DNA from: Eledone cirrhosa
Lineage: Eukaryota
Direction: 5' to 3'
DNA: 64,000 nt
Assembly: GCA_964016885.1 (NCBI GenBank)
Contig: OZ024741.1
Span: forward strand, 115,506,001 to 115,570,000
Shown: positions 1 to 15,000 of the stretch, piece after piece
Position numbering within the stretch: position 1 is the stretch's first letter
Layout of the letters: the number at the start of each line of letters is the position of its first letter
Program-made: the position numbers and the translations under genes
The notes under the pieces: model-generated
Seen by the model: only the letters and a program-made list of their open reading frames with translations
What the model was told of the DNA's origin: nothing
The model's database searches: none

Positions 1-3000
1 GTGGTTGAAGTAGGGGTTACATTTGTCATAGAATATAATTATAACTCTGAATGCAAGATATTCTTAGGTACGGGTTACATTTGTCATAGAATATAGATAT
101 AACGCTGATTGAATGATTATCTTGAAGTAGGGGTTACATTTGTCATAGAATATAGATATAACTCTGAATGCAAGATATTCATAGGTAGGAGTTACATTTG
201 TCATAGAATATAGATATAACACTGATTGAAAGATTTTGTTGAGGTAGGGGTTAAATTTGTCATAGAATATAGATATAACTATGATTGAAAGATATTCTTG
301 AGGTAGGGGTTACATTTGTCATAGAATATAGATATAACGCTGATTGAAAGATTATCTTGAAGTAGGGGTTACATTTGTCATAGGATATAGATATAACTCA
401 GACTAAAAGATGATCTTGAGGTAGGGGTTACGTTTGTTATAGAATATAGATATAACTCTGAATGCAAGATATTCTTAGGTAGGAGTTACATTTGTCATAG
501 AGTATAGATATAACTCTGTTTGAAAGATGTTCTTGAGGTGGGGGTTACATTTGTCATACAATATAGATATAACTCTTATTGAAAGATGTTCTTGAGGTTG
601 GGGTTACATTTGTCATAGAATATAGATATAACTCTGATTGAAAGATGTTCTTGAGGTGGTGTTTACATTTGTCATAGAATATATATATAACTCTGAGTGA
701 AAGATTTTCTTGAGGTGGAGGTTACATTTGTCATAGAATATAGATATAACTCTGATAGAAAGATGTTCTTGAGGTGGGGGTTACATTTGACATAGAATAT
801 AGATATAACCCTGATTGAAAGATGTTCTGGAGGTGGGGTTACATTTGTCATAGAAAATAGATATAACTCAGAATAAAAGATTATCTTGAGGTAGGGGTTA
901 CATTTGTTATAGAATATAGATATAACCCTGATTGAAAGATTTTGTTGAGGTGGGGGTTACATTTGTCACAGAATATAGATATAACTCTCATTGATAGATT
1001 TTGTTGAGGTGGGGGTTACATTTGTCATAGAATATAGATATAACTCTGATTGAAAGATTTTGTTGAGGTGGGGGTTACATTTGTCATAGAATAGAGATAT
1101 AACACTGATTGAAAGATTTTGTTGAGGTGGGGGTTACATTTGTCATAGAATATAGATATAACTCTGATTGAGAGATGATCTTGAGGTAGGGGTTACACTT
1201 GTCCTAGGATATAGATATAACCTTGATTGAAAGATGTTCTTGAGGTAGGGGTTACACTTGTCATACAGTATAGATATAACGCTGTTTGAAAGATGTTCTT
1301 GAGATGGGGGTTACATTTGTCATAGAATATAGATATAACACTGATTGAAAGATGTTCTTGAGGTGGGGGTTACATTTGTCATAGAATATAGATATAACTC
1401 TGATTGAAAGATGTTCTTGAGATGGGGTTACATTTGTCATAGAATATAGATATATCTCTGAATGAAATATGTACTTGAAGTAGGGGTTACATTTGTCATA
1501 GAATATAGATATAACTATGATTGAAAGATTATCTTGAAGTAGGGGTTACATTTGTCATAGGATATAGATATAACTCAGACTAAAAGATGATCTTGATGTA
1601 GGGGTTACATTTGTTATAGAATATAGATATAACTCTGATTGAAAGATATTCTTGAGGTAGGGGTTACATTTGTCATAGAATATAGATATAACTCTGTTTG
1701 AAAGATGTTCTTTAGATGGGGGTTACATATGTCATAGAATAGAGATATAACACTGATTGAAAGATGATCTTGAGGTAGGGTTACATTTGTCATAGAATAT
1801 AGATATGACTCTGTTTGAAAGATGTTCTTGAGATGGGGGTTACATATGTCATAGAATATAGATATAACTCAGATTGAAAGATGTTCTTGAGGTGGGGTTA
1901 CATTTGTCAAAGTATATAGATATAACTATGTTTGAAAGATGTTCTTGAGGTGGGGGTTACATTTGTCATAGAATATAGATATAACTATGATTGAAAGATG
2001 TTCTTGAGGTAGGTGTTACATTTGTCATAGAATATAGATATAACTCTGATTGAAAGATGTGGTTGAGGTAGGGGTTACATTTGTGATAGAATATAGATAT
2101 AACTCTGAATGCAAGATATTCTTAGGTACGGGTTACATTTGTCAGAGAATATAAATATAACGCTGATTGAATGATTATCTTGAAGTAGGGTTTACATTTG
2201 TCATAGAATATAGATATAACTCTGATTGAAAGATGTTCTTGAGGTGGGGGTTACATTTGTCATAAAATATAGATATAACTCTGATTGAAAGATGTTCTTG
2301 AGGTGGGGGTTACATTTGTCATAGAATATAGATATAACTCTGATTGAAAGATGTTCTTGAGATGGGGGTTACATTTGTCATAGAATATAGATATATCTCT
2401 GAATGAAATATGTACTTGAAGTAGGGGTTACATTTGTCATAGAATATAGATATAACTATGATTGAAAGATTATCTTGAAGTAGGGGTTACATTTGTCATA
2501 GGATATAGATATAACTCAGACTAAAAGATGATCCTGATGTAGGGGTTACATTTGTTATAGAATATAGATATAACTCTGATTGAAAGATATTCTTGAGGTA
2601 GGGGTTACATTTGTCATAGAATATAGATATAACTCAGAATAAAAGATTATCTTGAGGTAGGGGTTACATTTGCTATAGAATATAGATATAACCCTGATTG
2701 AAAGATTTTGTTGAGGTGGGGGTTACATTTGTCATAGAATATAGATATAACTCTCATTGAAAGATTTTGTTGAGGTGGGGGTTACATTTGTTATAGTATA
2801 TAGATATAACTCTGATAGACAGATGATCTTGAGGTAGGGGTTACATTTGTCATAGGATACAGATATAACTCAGACTAAAAGATGATCTTGAGGTAGGGTT
2901 ACATTTGTTATAGAATATAGATATAACTCTGATTGAAAGATTTTGTTGATGTAGGGGTTACGTTTGTCATAGAATATAGATATAACTCTGACTGAAAGAT

Positions 3001-6000
3001 ATTATTGAGGTAGGGGTTACAATTGTCATAGAACATAGATATAACTCTGATTGAAAGATATTCTTGAGGTAGGGGTTACATTTGTCATAGAATAGAGATA
3101 TAACACTGATTGAAAGATTTTGTTGATGTAGGGGTTACATTTGTCATAGAATATAGATATAACTCTGACTGAAAGATATTATTGAGGTTGGGGTTACAAT
3201 TGTCATAGAATATAGATATAACTCAGATCGAACGAAATACTTGAGGTGGGAGTTACATTTGTCATAGAATAGAGATATAACACTGATTGAAAGATGATCT
3301 TGAGGTAGGGTTACATTTGTCATAGAATATAGATATAACTCTGTTTGAAAGATGTTCTTGAGATGGGGGTTACATATGTCATAGAATATAGATATAACTC
3401 AGATTGAAAGATGTTCTTGAGGTGGGGTTACATTTGTCATAGAATATAGATATAACTATGTTTGAAAGATGTTCTTGAGGTGGGGGTTACATTTGTCATA
3501 GAATATAGATATAACTATGATTGAAAGATGTTCTTGAGGTAGGTGTTACATTTGTCATAGAATATAGATATAACTCTGATTGAAAGATGTGGTTGAGGTA
3601 GGGGTTACATTTGTGATAGAATATAGATATAACTCTGAATGCAAGATATTCTTAGGTACGGGTTACATTTGTCAGAGAATATAGATATAACGCTGATTGA
3701 ATGATTATCTTGAAGTAGGGTTTACATTTGTCATAGAATATAGATATAACTCTGATTGAAAGATGTTCTTGAGGTGGGGGGTTACATTTGTCATAGAATA
3801 TAGATATAACTCTGATTGAAAGATGTTCTTGAGGTGGGGGTTACATTTGTCAGAGAATATAGATATAACTCTGATTGAAAGATGTTCTTGAGGTGGGGGT
3901 TACATTTGTCATAGAATATATATATAACTCTGATTGAAAGATTTTCTTGAGGTGGGGGTTACATTTATCATAGAATATAGATATAACTCTGATTGAAAGA
4001 TTTTCTTGAGGTGGGGGTTACATTTGTCATAGAATATAGATATAACCCTGATTGAAAGATTTTGTTGAGGTGGGGTTACATTTGTCATAGAATATAGATA
4101 TAACTCTCATTGAAAGATTTTGTTGAGGTGGGGGTTACATTTGTCATAGAATATAGATATAACTCTGATTGAAAGATTTTGTTGAGATGGGGGTTACATT
4201 TGTCATAGAATAGAGATATAACACTGATTGAAAGATTTTGTTGAGGTGGGGGTTACATTTGTCATAGAATATAGATATAACTCTGATTGAAAGATTTTGT
4301 TGAGGTGGGGTTACATTTGTCATAGTATATAGATATAACTCTGATAGAAAGATGATCTTGAGGTAGGGGTTACACTTGTCCTAGGATATAGATATAACCT
4401 TGATTGAAAGATGTTCTAGAGGTGGGGTTACATTTGTCATAGAATATAGATATAACTCTGATTGAAAGATATTCTTGAGGTAGGGGTTACATTTGTCATA
4501 GAATATAGATATAACTCTGACTGAAAGGTATTATTGAGGTAGGGGTTACATTTGTCATAGAATTTAGAAATAACTCTGATTGAAAGTTATTCTTGAGGTA
4601 GGGGTTACATTTATCATAGAATAGAGATATAACACTGATTGAAAGATTTTGTTGATGTAGGGGTTACATTTGTCATAGAATATAGATATAACTCTGACTG
4701 AAAGATATTATTGAGGTAAGGTTACAATTGTCATAGAATATAGATATAACTCTGATCGAAAGAAATACTTGAGGTGGGGATTACATTTTTCATAGAATAT
4801 AGATATAACTCTGAATGCAAGATATTCTTAGGTAGGGATTACATTTGTCATAGAATATAGATATAACACTGATTGAAAGATTTTGTTGAGGTAGGGGTTA
4901 CATTTGTCATAGGATATAGATATAACTATGATTGAAAGATATTCTTGAGGTAGGGGTCACGTTTGTCATAGAATATAGATATAACGCTGATTGAAAGATT
5001 ATCTTGAAGTAGGGGTTACATTTGTCATAGGATATAGATATAACTCTGTTTGAAAGATGTTCTTGAGGTGGGGGTTACATTTGTCATAGAATATAGATAT
5101 AACTCTGATTGAAAGATGTTCTTGAGGTGGATGTTACATTTGTCATAGAATATAGATATAACCCAGAATGAAAGATGTTCTTGAGGTGGGGGTTACATTT
5201 GTCATAGAATATAGATATAACTCTGATTGAAGGATGTTCTTGAGGTGGGGGTTACATTTGTCATAGAATATAGATATAACTCTGATTGAAAGATGTTCTT
5301 GAGGTGGAGGTTACATTTGTCATAGAATATAGATATAACTCTAATTGAAAGATGTTCTTGAGGTGGGGGTTACATTTGTCATAGAATATATATATAACTC
5401 TGATTGAAAGATGTTCTTGAGGTGGGGGTTGCATTTATCATAGAATATAGATATAACTCTGATTGAAAGATGTTCTTGAGATGGGGGTTACATTTGTCAT
5501 AGATTATAGATATATCTCTGAATGAAATATGTACTTGAAGTAGGGGTTACATTTGTTATAGAATATAGATATAACTATGATTGAAAGATTATCTTGAAGT
5601 AGGGGTTACATTTGTCATAGGATATAGATATAACTCAGTCTAAAAGATGATCTTGAGGTAGGGGTTACATTTGTTATAGAATATAGATATAACTCTGATT
5701 GAAAGATATTCTTGAGGTAGGGGTTACATTTGTCATAGAATATAGATATAACTCAGAATAAAAAATTATCTTAAGGTAGGGTTTACATTTGTTATAGAAT
5801 ATAGATATAACCCTGATTGAAAGATTTTGTTGAGGTGGGGGTTACGTTTGTCATAGAATATAGATATAACTCTCATTGAAAGATTTTGTTGAGGTGGGGG
5901 TTACATTTGTCATAGAATATAGATATAACTCTGATTGAAAGATTTTGTTGAGATGGGGGTTACATTTGTCATAGAATAGAGATATAACACTGATTGAAAG

Positions 6001-9000
6001 ATTTTGTTGAGGTGGCGGTTACATTTGTCATAGAATATAGATATAACTCTGATTGAAAGATTTTGTTGAGGTGGGGTTACATTTGTCATAGGATATAGAT
6101 ATAACTATGATTGAAAGATATTCTTGAGGTAGGGGTCACGTTTGTCATAGAATATAGATATAACGCTGATTGAAAGATTATCTTGAAGTAGGGGTTACAT
6201 TTGTCATAGGATATAGATATAACTCTGCTTGAAAGATGTTCTTGAGGTGGAGGTTACATTTGTCATAGAATATATATATAACTCTGATTGAAAGATGTTC
6301 TTGAGGTGGGGGTTGCATTTATCATAGAATATAGATATAACTCCGATTGAAAGATGTTCTTGAGATGGGGGTTACATTTGTCATAGATTATAGATATATC
6401 TCTGAATGAAATATGTACTTGAAGTAGGGGTTACATTTGTCATAGAATATAGATATAACTATGATTGAAAGATTATCTTGAAGTAGGGGTTACATTTGTA
6501 ATAGGATATAGATATAACTCAGTCTAAAAGATGATCTTGAGGTAGGGGTTACATTTGTTATAGAATATAGATATAACTCTGATTGAAAGATATTCTTGAG
6601 GTAGGGGTTACATTTGTCATAGAATATAGATATAACTCTGATTGAAGGATGATCTTGAGGTGGGGGTTACATTTGTCATAGAATATAGATATAACTCTGA
6701 TTGAAAGATGTTCTTGAGGTGGAGGTTACATTTGTCATAGAATATAGATATAACTCTAATTGAAAGATGTTCTTGAGGTGGGGGTTACATTTGTCATAGA
6801 ATATATATATAACTCTGATTGAAAGATGTTCTTGAGGTGGGGGTTGCATTTATCATAGAATATAGATATAACTCTGATTGAAAGATGTTCTTGAGATGGG
6901 GGTTACATTTGTCATAGATTATAGATATATCTCTGAATGAAATATGTACTTGAAGTAGGGGTTACATTTGTCATAGAATATAGATATAACTATGATTGAA
7001 AGATTATCTTGAAGTAGGGGTTATATTTGTCATAGGATATAGATATAACTCAGTCTAAAAGATGATCTTGAGGTAGGGGTTACATTTGTTATAGAATATA
7101 GATATAACTCTGATTGAAAGATATTCTTGAGGTAGGGGTTACATTTGTCATAGAATATAGATATAACTCAGAATAAAAAATTATCTTAAGGTAGGGTTTA
7201 CATTTGTTATAGAATATAGATATAACCCTGATTGAAAGATTTTGTTGAGGTGGGGGTTACGTTTGTCATAGAATATAGATATAACTCTGATTGAAAGATT
7301 TTGTTGAGATGGGGGTTACATTTGTCATAGAATAGAGATATAACACTGATTGAAAGATTTTGTTGAGGTGGCGGTTACATTTGTCATAGAATATAGATAT
7401 AACTCTGATTGAAAGATTTTGTTGAGGTGGGGTTACATTTGTCATAGTATATAGATATAACTCTGATTGAAAGATTTGTTGATGTAGGGGTTACATTTGT
7501 CATAGAATATAGATATAACTCTGATAGAAAGATGATCTTGAGGTAGGGGTTACACTTGTCCTAGAATATAGATATAACCTTGATTGAAAGATGTTCTTGA
7601 GGTGGGGGTTACATTTGTCATAGAGTATAGATATAACTCTGTTTGAAAGATGTTCTTGAGATGGGGGTTACATTTGTCATAGAATATAGATATATCTCTG
7701 AATGAAATATGTACTTGAAGTAGGGGTTACATTTGTAATAGAATATAGATATAACTATGATTGAAAGATTATCTTGAAGTAGGGGTTACATTTGTCATAG
7801 GATATAGATATAACTCAGACTAAAAGATGATCTTGAGGTAGGGGTTACATTTGTTATAGAATATAGATATAACTCTGATTGAAAGATATTCTTGAGGTAG
7901 GGGTTACATTTGTCATAGAATATAGATATAACTCAGAATAAAAGATTATCTTGAGGTAGGGGTTACATTTGCTATAGAATATAGATATAACCCTGATTGA
8001 AAGATTTTGTTGAGGTGGGGGTTACATTTGTCATAGAATATAGATATAACTCTCATTGAAAGATTTTGTTGAGGTGGGGGTTACATTTGTCATAGAATAT
8101 AGATATAACTCTGATTGAAAGATGTTCTTGAGGTGGGGGTTACATTTGTCATAGAATATAGATATAACTCTGATTGAAAGATGTTCTTGAGATGGGGGTT
8201 ACATTTGTCATAGAATATAGATATAACTCAGACTAAAAGATGTTCTTGAGGTAGGGGTTACATTTGTTATAGAATATAGATATAACTCTGATTGAAAGAT
8301 ATTCTTGAGGTAGGGGTTACATTTGTCATAGAATATAGATATAACTCTGACTGAAAGGTATTATTGAGGTAGGGGTTACATTTGTCATAGAATTTAGAAA
8401 TAACTCTGATTGAAAGTTATTCTTGAGGTAGGGGTTACATTTGTCATAGAATAGAGATATAACACTGATTGAAAGATTTTGTTGATGTAGGGGTTACATT
8501 TGTCATAGAATATAGATATAACTCTGACTGAAAGATATTATTGAGGTAAGGTTACAATTGTCATAGAATATAGATATAACTCTGATCGAAAGAAATACTT
8601 GAGGTGGGGATTACATTTTTCATAGAATATAGATATAACTCTGAATGCAAGATATTCTTAGGTAGGGGTTACATTTGTCATAGAATATAGATATAACACT
8701 GATTGAAAGATTTTGTTGAGGTAGGGGTTACATTTGTCATAGGATATAGATATAACTATGATTGAAAGATATTCTTGAGGTAGGGGTCACGTTTGTCATA
8801 GAATATAGATATAACGCTGATTGAAAGATTATCTTGAAGAGGGGTTACATTTGTCATAGGATATAGATATAACTCTGCTTGAAAGATGTTCTTGAGGTGG
8901 AGGTTACATTTGTCATAGAATATAGATATAACTCTAATTGAAAGATGTTCTTGAGGTGGGGGTTACATTTGTCATAGAATATATATATAACTCTGATTGA

Positions 9001-12000
9001 AAGATGTTCTTGAGGTGGGGGTTGCATTTATCATAGAATATAGATATAACTCTGATTGAAAGATGTTCTTGAGATGGGGGTTACATTTGTCATAGATTAT
9101 AGATATATCTCTGAATGAAATATGTACTTGAAGTAGGGGTTACATTTGTCATAGAATATAGATATAACTATGATTGAAAGATTATCTTGAAGTAGGGGTT
9201 ACATTTGTAATAGGATATAGATATAACTCAGTCTAAAAGATGATCTTGAGGTAGGGGTTACATTTGTTATAGAATATAGATATAACTCTGATTGAAAGAT
9301 ATTCTTGAGGTAGGGGTTACATTTGTCATAGAATATAGATATAACTCTGTTTGAAAGATGTTCTTGAGATGGGGGTTACATATGTCATAGAATAGAGATA
9401 TAACACTGATTGAAAGATGATCTTGAGGTAGGGTTACATTTGTCATAGAATATAGATATAACTCTGTTTGAAAGATGTTCTTGAGATGGGGGTTACATAT
9501 GTCATAGAATATAGATATAACTCAGATTGAAAGATGTTCTTGAGGTGGGGTTACATTTGTCAAAGTATATAGATATAACTATGTTTGAAAGATGTTCTTG
9601 AGGTGGGGGTTACATTTGTCATAGAATATAGATATAACTATGATTGAAAGATGTTCTTGAGGTAGGTGTTACATTTGTCATAGAATATAGATATAACTCT
9701 GATTGAAAGATGTGGTTGAGGTAGGGGTTACATTTGTGATAGAATATAGATATAACTCTGAATGCAAGATATTCTTAGGTACGGGTTACATTTGTCAGAG
9801 AATATAGATATAACGCTGATTGAATGATTATCTTGAAGTAGGGTTTACATTTGTCATAGAATATAGATATAACTCTGATTGAAAGATGTTCTTGAGGTGG
9901 GGGTTACATTTGTCATAGAATATAGATATAACTCTGATTGAAAGATGTTCTTGAGGTGGGGGTTACATTTGTCATAGAATATAGATATAACTCTGATTGA
10001 AAGATGTTCTTGAGATGCGGGTTACATTTGTCATAGAATATAGATATATCTCTGAATGAAATATGTACTTGAAGTAGGGGTTACATTTGTCATAGAATAT
10101 AGATATAACTATGATTGAAAGATTATCTTGAAGTAGGGGTTACATTTGTCATAGGATATAGATATAACTCAGACTAAAAGATGATCTTGATGTAGGGGTT
10201 ACATTTGTTATAGAATATAGATATAACTCTGATTGAAAGATATTCTTGAGGTAGGGGTTACATTTGTCATAGAATATAGATATAACTCAGAATAAAAGAT
10301 TATCTTGAGGTAGGGGTTACATTTGCTATAGAATATAGATATAACCCTGATTGAAAGATTTTGTTGAGGTGGGGGTTACATTTGTCATAGAATATAGATA
10401 TAACTCTCATTGAAAGATTTTGTTGAGGTGGGGGTTACATTTGTTATAGTATATAGATATAACTCTGATAGACAGATGATCTTGAGGTAGGGGTTACATT
10501 TGTCATAGGATACAGATATAACTCAGACTAAAAGATGATCTTGAGGTAGAGTTACATTTGTTATAGAATATAGATATAACTCTGATTGAAAGATTTTGTT
10601 GATGTAGGGGTTACGTTTGTCATAGAATATAGATATAACTCTGACTGAAAGATATTATTGAGGTAGGGGTTACAATTGTCATAGAACATAGATATAACTC
10701 TGATTGAAAGATATTCTTGAGGTAGGGGTTACATTTGTCATAGAATAGAGATATAACACTGATTGAAAGATTTTGTTGATGTAGGGGTTACATTTGTCAT
10801 AGAATATAGATATAACTCTGACTGAAAGATATTATTGAGGTTGGGGTTACAATTGTCATAGAATATAGATATAACTCAGATCGAACGAAATACTTGAGGT
10901 GGGAGTTACATTTGTCATAGAATAGAGATATAACACTGATTGAAAGATGATCTTGAGGTAGGGTTACATTTGTCATAGAATATAGATATAACTCTGTTTG
11001 AAAGATGTTCTTGAGATGGGGGTTACATATGTCATAGAATATAGATATAACTCAGATTGAAAGATGTTCTTGAGGTGGGGTTACATTTGTCATAGAATAT
11101 AGATATAACTATGTTTGAAAGATGTTCTTGAGGTGGGGGTTACATTTGTCATAGAATATAGATATAACTATGATTGAAAGATGTTCTTGAGGTAGGTGTT
11201 ACATTTGTCATAGAATATAGATATAACTCTGATTGAAAGATGTGGTTGAGGTAGGGGTTACATTTGTGATAGAATATAGATATAACTCTGAATGCAAGAT
11301 ATTCTTAGGTACGGGTTACATTTGTCAGAGAATATAGATATAACGCTGATTGAATGATTATCTTGAAGTAGGGTTTACATTTGTCATAGAATATAGATAT
11401 AACTCTGATTGAAAGATGTTCTTGAGGTGGGGGGTTACATTTGTCATAGAATATAGATATAACTCTGATTGAAAGATGTTCTTGAGGTGGGGGTTACATT
11501 TGTCATAGAATATAGATATAACTCTGATTGAAAGATGTTCTTGAGGTGGGGGTTACATTTGTCATAGAATATATATATAACTCTGATTGAAAGATTTTCT
11601 TGAGGTGGGGGTTACATTTATCATAGAATATAGATATAACTCTGATTGAAAGATTTTCTTGAGGTGGGGGTTACATTTGTCATAGAATATAGATATAACC
11701 CTGATTGAAAGATTTTGTTGAGGTGGGGTTACATTTGTCATAGAATATAGATATAACTATGATTGAAAGATTATCTTGAAGTAGGGGTTACATTTGTAAT
11801 AGGATATAGATATAACTCAGTCTAAAAGATGATCTTGAGGTAGGGGTTACATTTGTTATAGAATATAGATATAACTCTGATTGAAAGATATTCTTGAGGT
11901 AGGGGTTACATTTGTCATAGAATATAGATATAACTCTGATTGAAGGATGATCTTGAGGTGGGGGTTACATTTGTCATAGAATATAGATATAACTCTGATT

Positions 12001-15000
12001 GAAAGATGTTCTTGAGGTGGAGGTTACATTTGTCATAGAATATAGATATAACTCTAATTGAAAGATGTTCTTGAGGTGGGGGTTACATTTGTCATAGAAT
12101 ATATATATAACTCTGATTGAAAGATGTTCTTGAGGTGGGGGTTGCATTTATCATAGAATATAGATATAACTCTGATTGAAAGATGTTCTTGAGATGGGGG
12201 TTACATTTGTCATAGATTATAGATATATCTCTGAATGAAATATGTACTTGAAGTAGGGGTTACATTTGTCATAGAATATAGATATAACTATGATTGAAAG
12301 ATTATCTTGAAGTAGGGGTTACATTTGTCATAGGATATAGATATAACTCAGTCTAAAAGATGATCTTGAGGTAGGGGTTACATTTGTTATAGAATATAGA
12401 TATAACTCTGATTGAAAGATATTCTTGAGGTAGGGGTTACATTTGTCATAGAATATAGATATAACTCAGAATAAAAAATTATCTTAAGGTAGGGTTTACA
12501 TTTGTTATAGAATATAGATATAACCCTGATTGAAAGATTTTGTTGAGGTGGGGGTTACGTTTGTCATAGAATATAGATATAACTCTCATTGAAAGATTTT
12601 GTTGAGGTGGGGGTTACATTTGTCATAGAATATAGATATAACTCTGATTGAAAGATTTTGTTGAGATGGGGGTTACATTTGTCATAGAATAGAGATATAA
12701 CACTGATTGAAAGATTTTGTTGAGGTGGCGGTTACATTTGTCATAGAATATAGATATAACTCTGATTGAAAGATTTTGTTGAGGTGGGGTTACATTTGTC
12801 ATAGTATATAGATATAACTCTGATTGAAAGATTTGTTGATGTAGGGGTTACATTTGTCATAGAATATAGATATAACTCTGATAGAAAGATGATCTTGAGG
12901 TAGGGGTTACACTTGTCCTAGAATATAGATATAACCTTGATTGAAAGATGTTCTTGAGGTGGGGGTTACATTTGTCATAGAGTATAGATATAACTCTGTT
13001 TGAAAGATGTTCTTGAGATGGGGGTTACATTTGTCATAGAATATAGATATATCTCTGAATGAAATATGTACTTGAAGTAGGGGTTACATTTGTAATAGAA
13101 TATAGATATAACTATGATTGAAAGATTATCTTGAAGTAGGGGTTACATTTGTCATAGGATATAGATATAACTCAGACTAAAAGATGATCTTGAGGTAGGG
13201 GTTACATTTGTTATAGAATATAGATATAACTCTGATTGAAAGATATTCTTGAGGTAGGGGTTACATTTGTCATAGAATATAGATATAACTCAGAATAAAA
13301 GATTATCTTGAGGTAGGGGTTACATTTGCTATAGAATATAGATATAACCCTGATTGAAAGATTTTGTTGAGGTGGGGGTTACATTTGTCATAGAATATAG
13401 ATATAACTCTGATTGAAAGATGTTCTTGAGGTGGGGGTTACATTTGTCATAGAATATAGATATAACTCTGATTGAAAGATGTTCTTGAGATGGGGGTTAC
13501 ATTTGTCATAGAATATAGATATAACTCAGACTAAAAGATGTTCTTGAGGTAGGGGTTACATTTGTTATAGAATATAGATATAACTCTGATTGAAAGATAT
13601 TCTTGAGGTAGGGGTTACATTTGTCATAGAATATAGATATAACTCTGACTGAAAGGTATTATTGAGGTAGGGGTTACATTTGTCATAGAATTTAGAAATA
13701 ACTCTGATTGAAAGTTATTCTTGAGGTAGGGGTTACATTTGTCATAGAATAGAGATATAACACTGATTGAAAGATTTTGTTGATGTAGGGGTTACATTTG
13801 TCATAGAATATAGATATAACTCTGACTGAAAGATATTATTGAGGTAAGGTTACAATTGTCATAGAATATAGATATAACTCTGATCGAAAGAAATACTTGA
13901 GGTGGGGATTACATTTTTCATAGAATATAGATATAACTCTGAATGCAAGATATTCTTAGGTAGGGGTTACATTTGTCATAGAATATAGATATAACACTGA
14001 TTGAAAGATTTTGTTGAGGTAGGGGTTACATTTGTCATAGGATATAGATATAACTATGATTGAAAGATATTCTTGAGGTAGGGGTCACGTTTGTCATAGA
14101 ATATAGATATAACGCTGATTGAAAGATTATCTTGAAGAGGGGTTACATTTGTCATAGGATATAGATATAACTCTGCTTGAAAGATGTTCTTGAGGTGGAG
14201 GTTACATTTGTCATAGAATATAGATATAACTCTAATTGAAAGATGTTCTTGAGGTGGGGGTTACATTTGTCATAGAATATATATATAACTCTGATTGAAA
14301 GATGTTCTTGAGGTGGGGGTTGCATTTATCATAGAATATAGATATAACTCTGATTGAAAGATGTTCTTGAGATGGGGGTTACATTTGTCATAGATTATAG
14401 ATATATCTCTGAATGAAATATGTACTTGAAGTAGGGGTTACATTTGTCATAGAATATAGATATAACTATGATTGAAAGATTATCTTGAAGTAGGGGTTAC
14501 ATTTGTAATAGGATATAGATATAACTCAGTCTAAAAGATGATCTTGAGGTAGGGGTTACATTTGTTATAGAATATAGATATAACTCTGATTGAAAGATAT
14601 TCTTGAGGTAGGGGTTACATTTGTCATAGAATATAGATATAACTCTGTTTGAAAGATGTTCTTGAGATGGGGGTTACATATGTCATAGAATAGAGATATA
14701 ACACTGATTGAAAGATGATCTTGAGGTAGGGTTACATTTGTCATAGAATATAGATATAACTCTGTTTGAAAGATGTTCTTGAGATGGGGGTTACATATGT
14801 CATAGAATATAGATATAACTCAGATTGAAAGATGTTCTTGAGGTGGGGTTACATTTGTCAAAGTATATAGATATAACTATGTTTGAAAGATGTTCTTGAG
14901 GTGGGGGTTACATTTGTCATAGAATATAGATATAACTATGATTGAAAGATGTTCTTGAGGTAGGTGTTACATTTGTCATAGAATATAGATATAACTCTGA

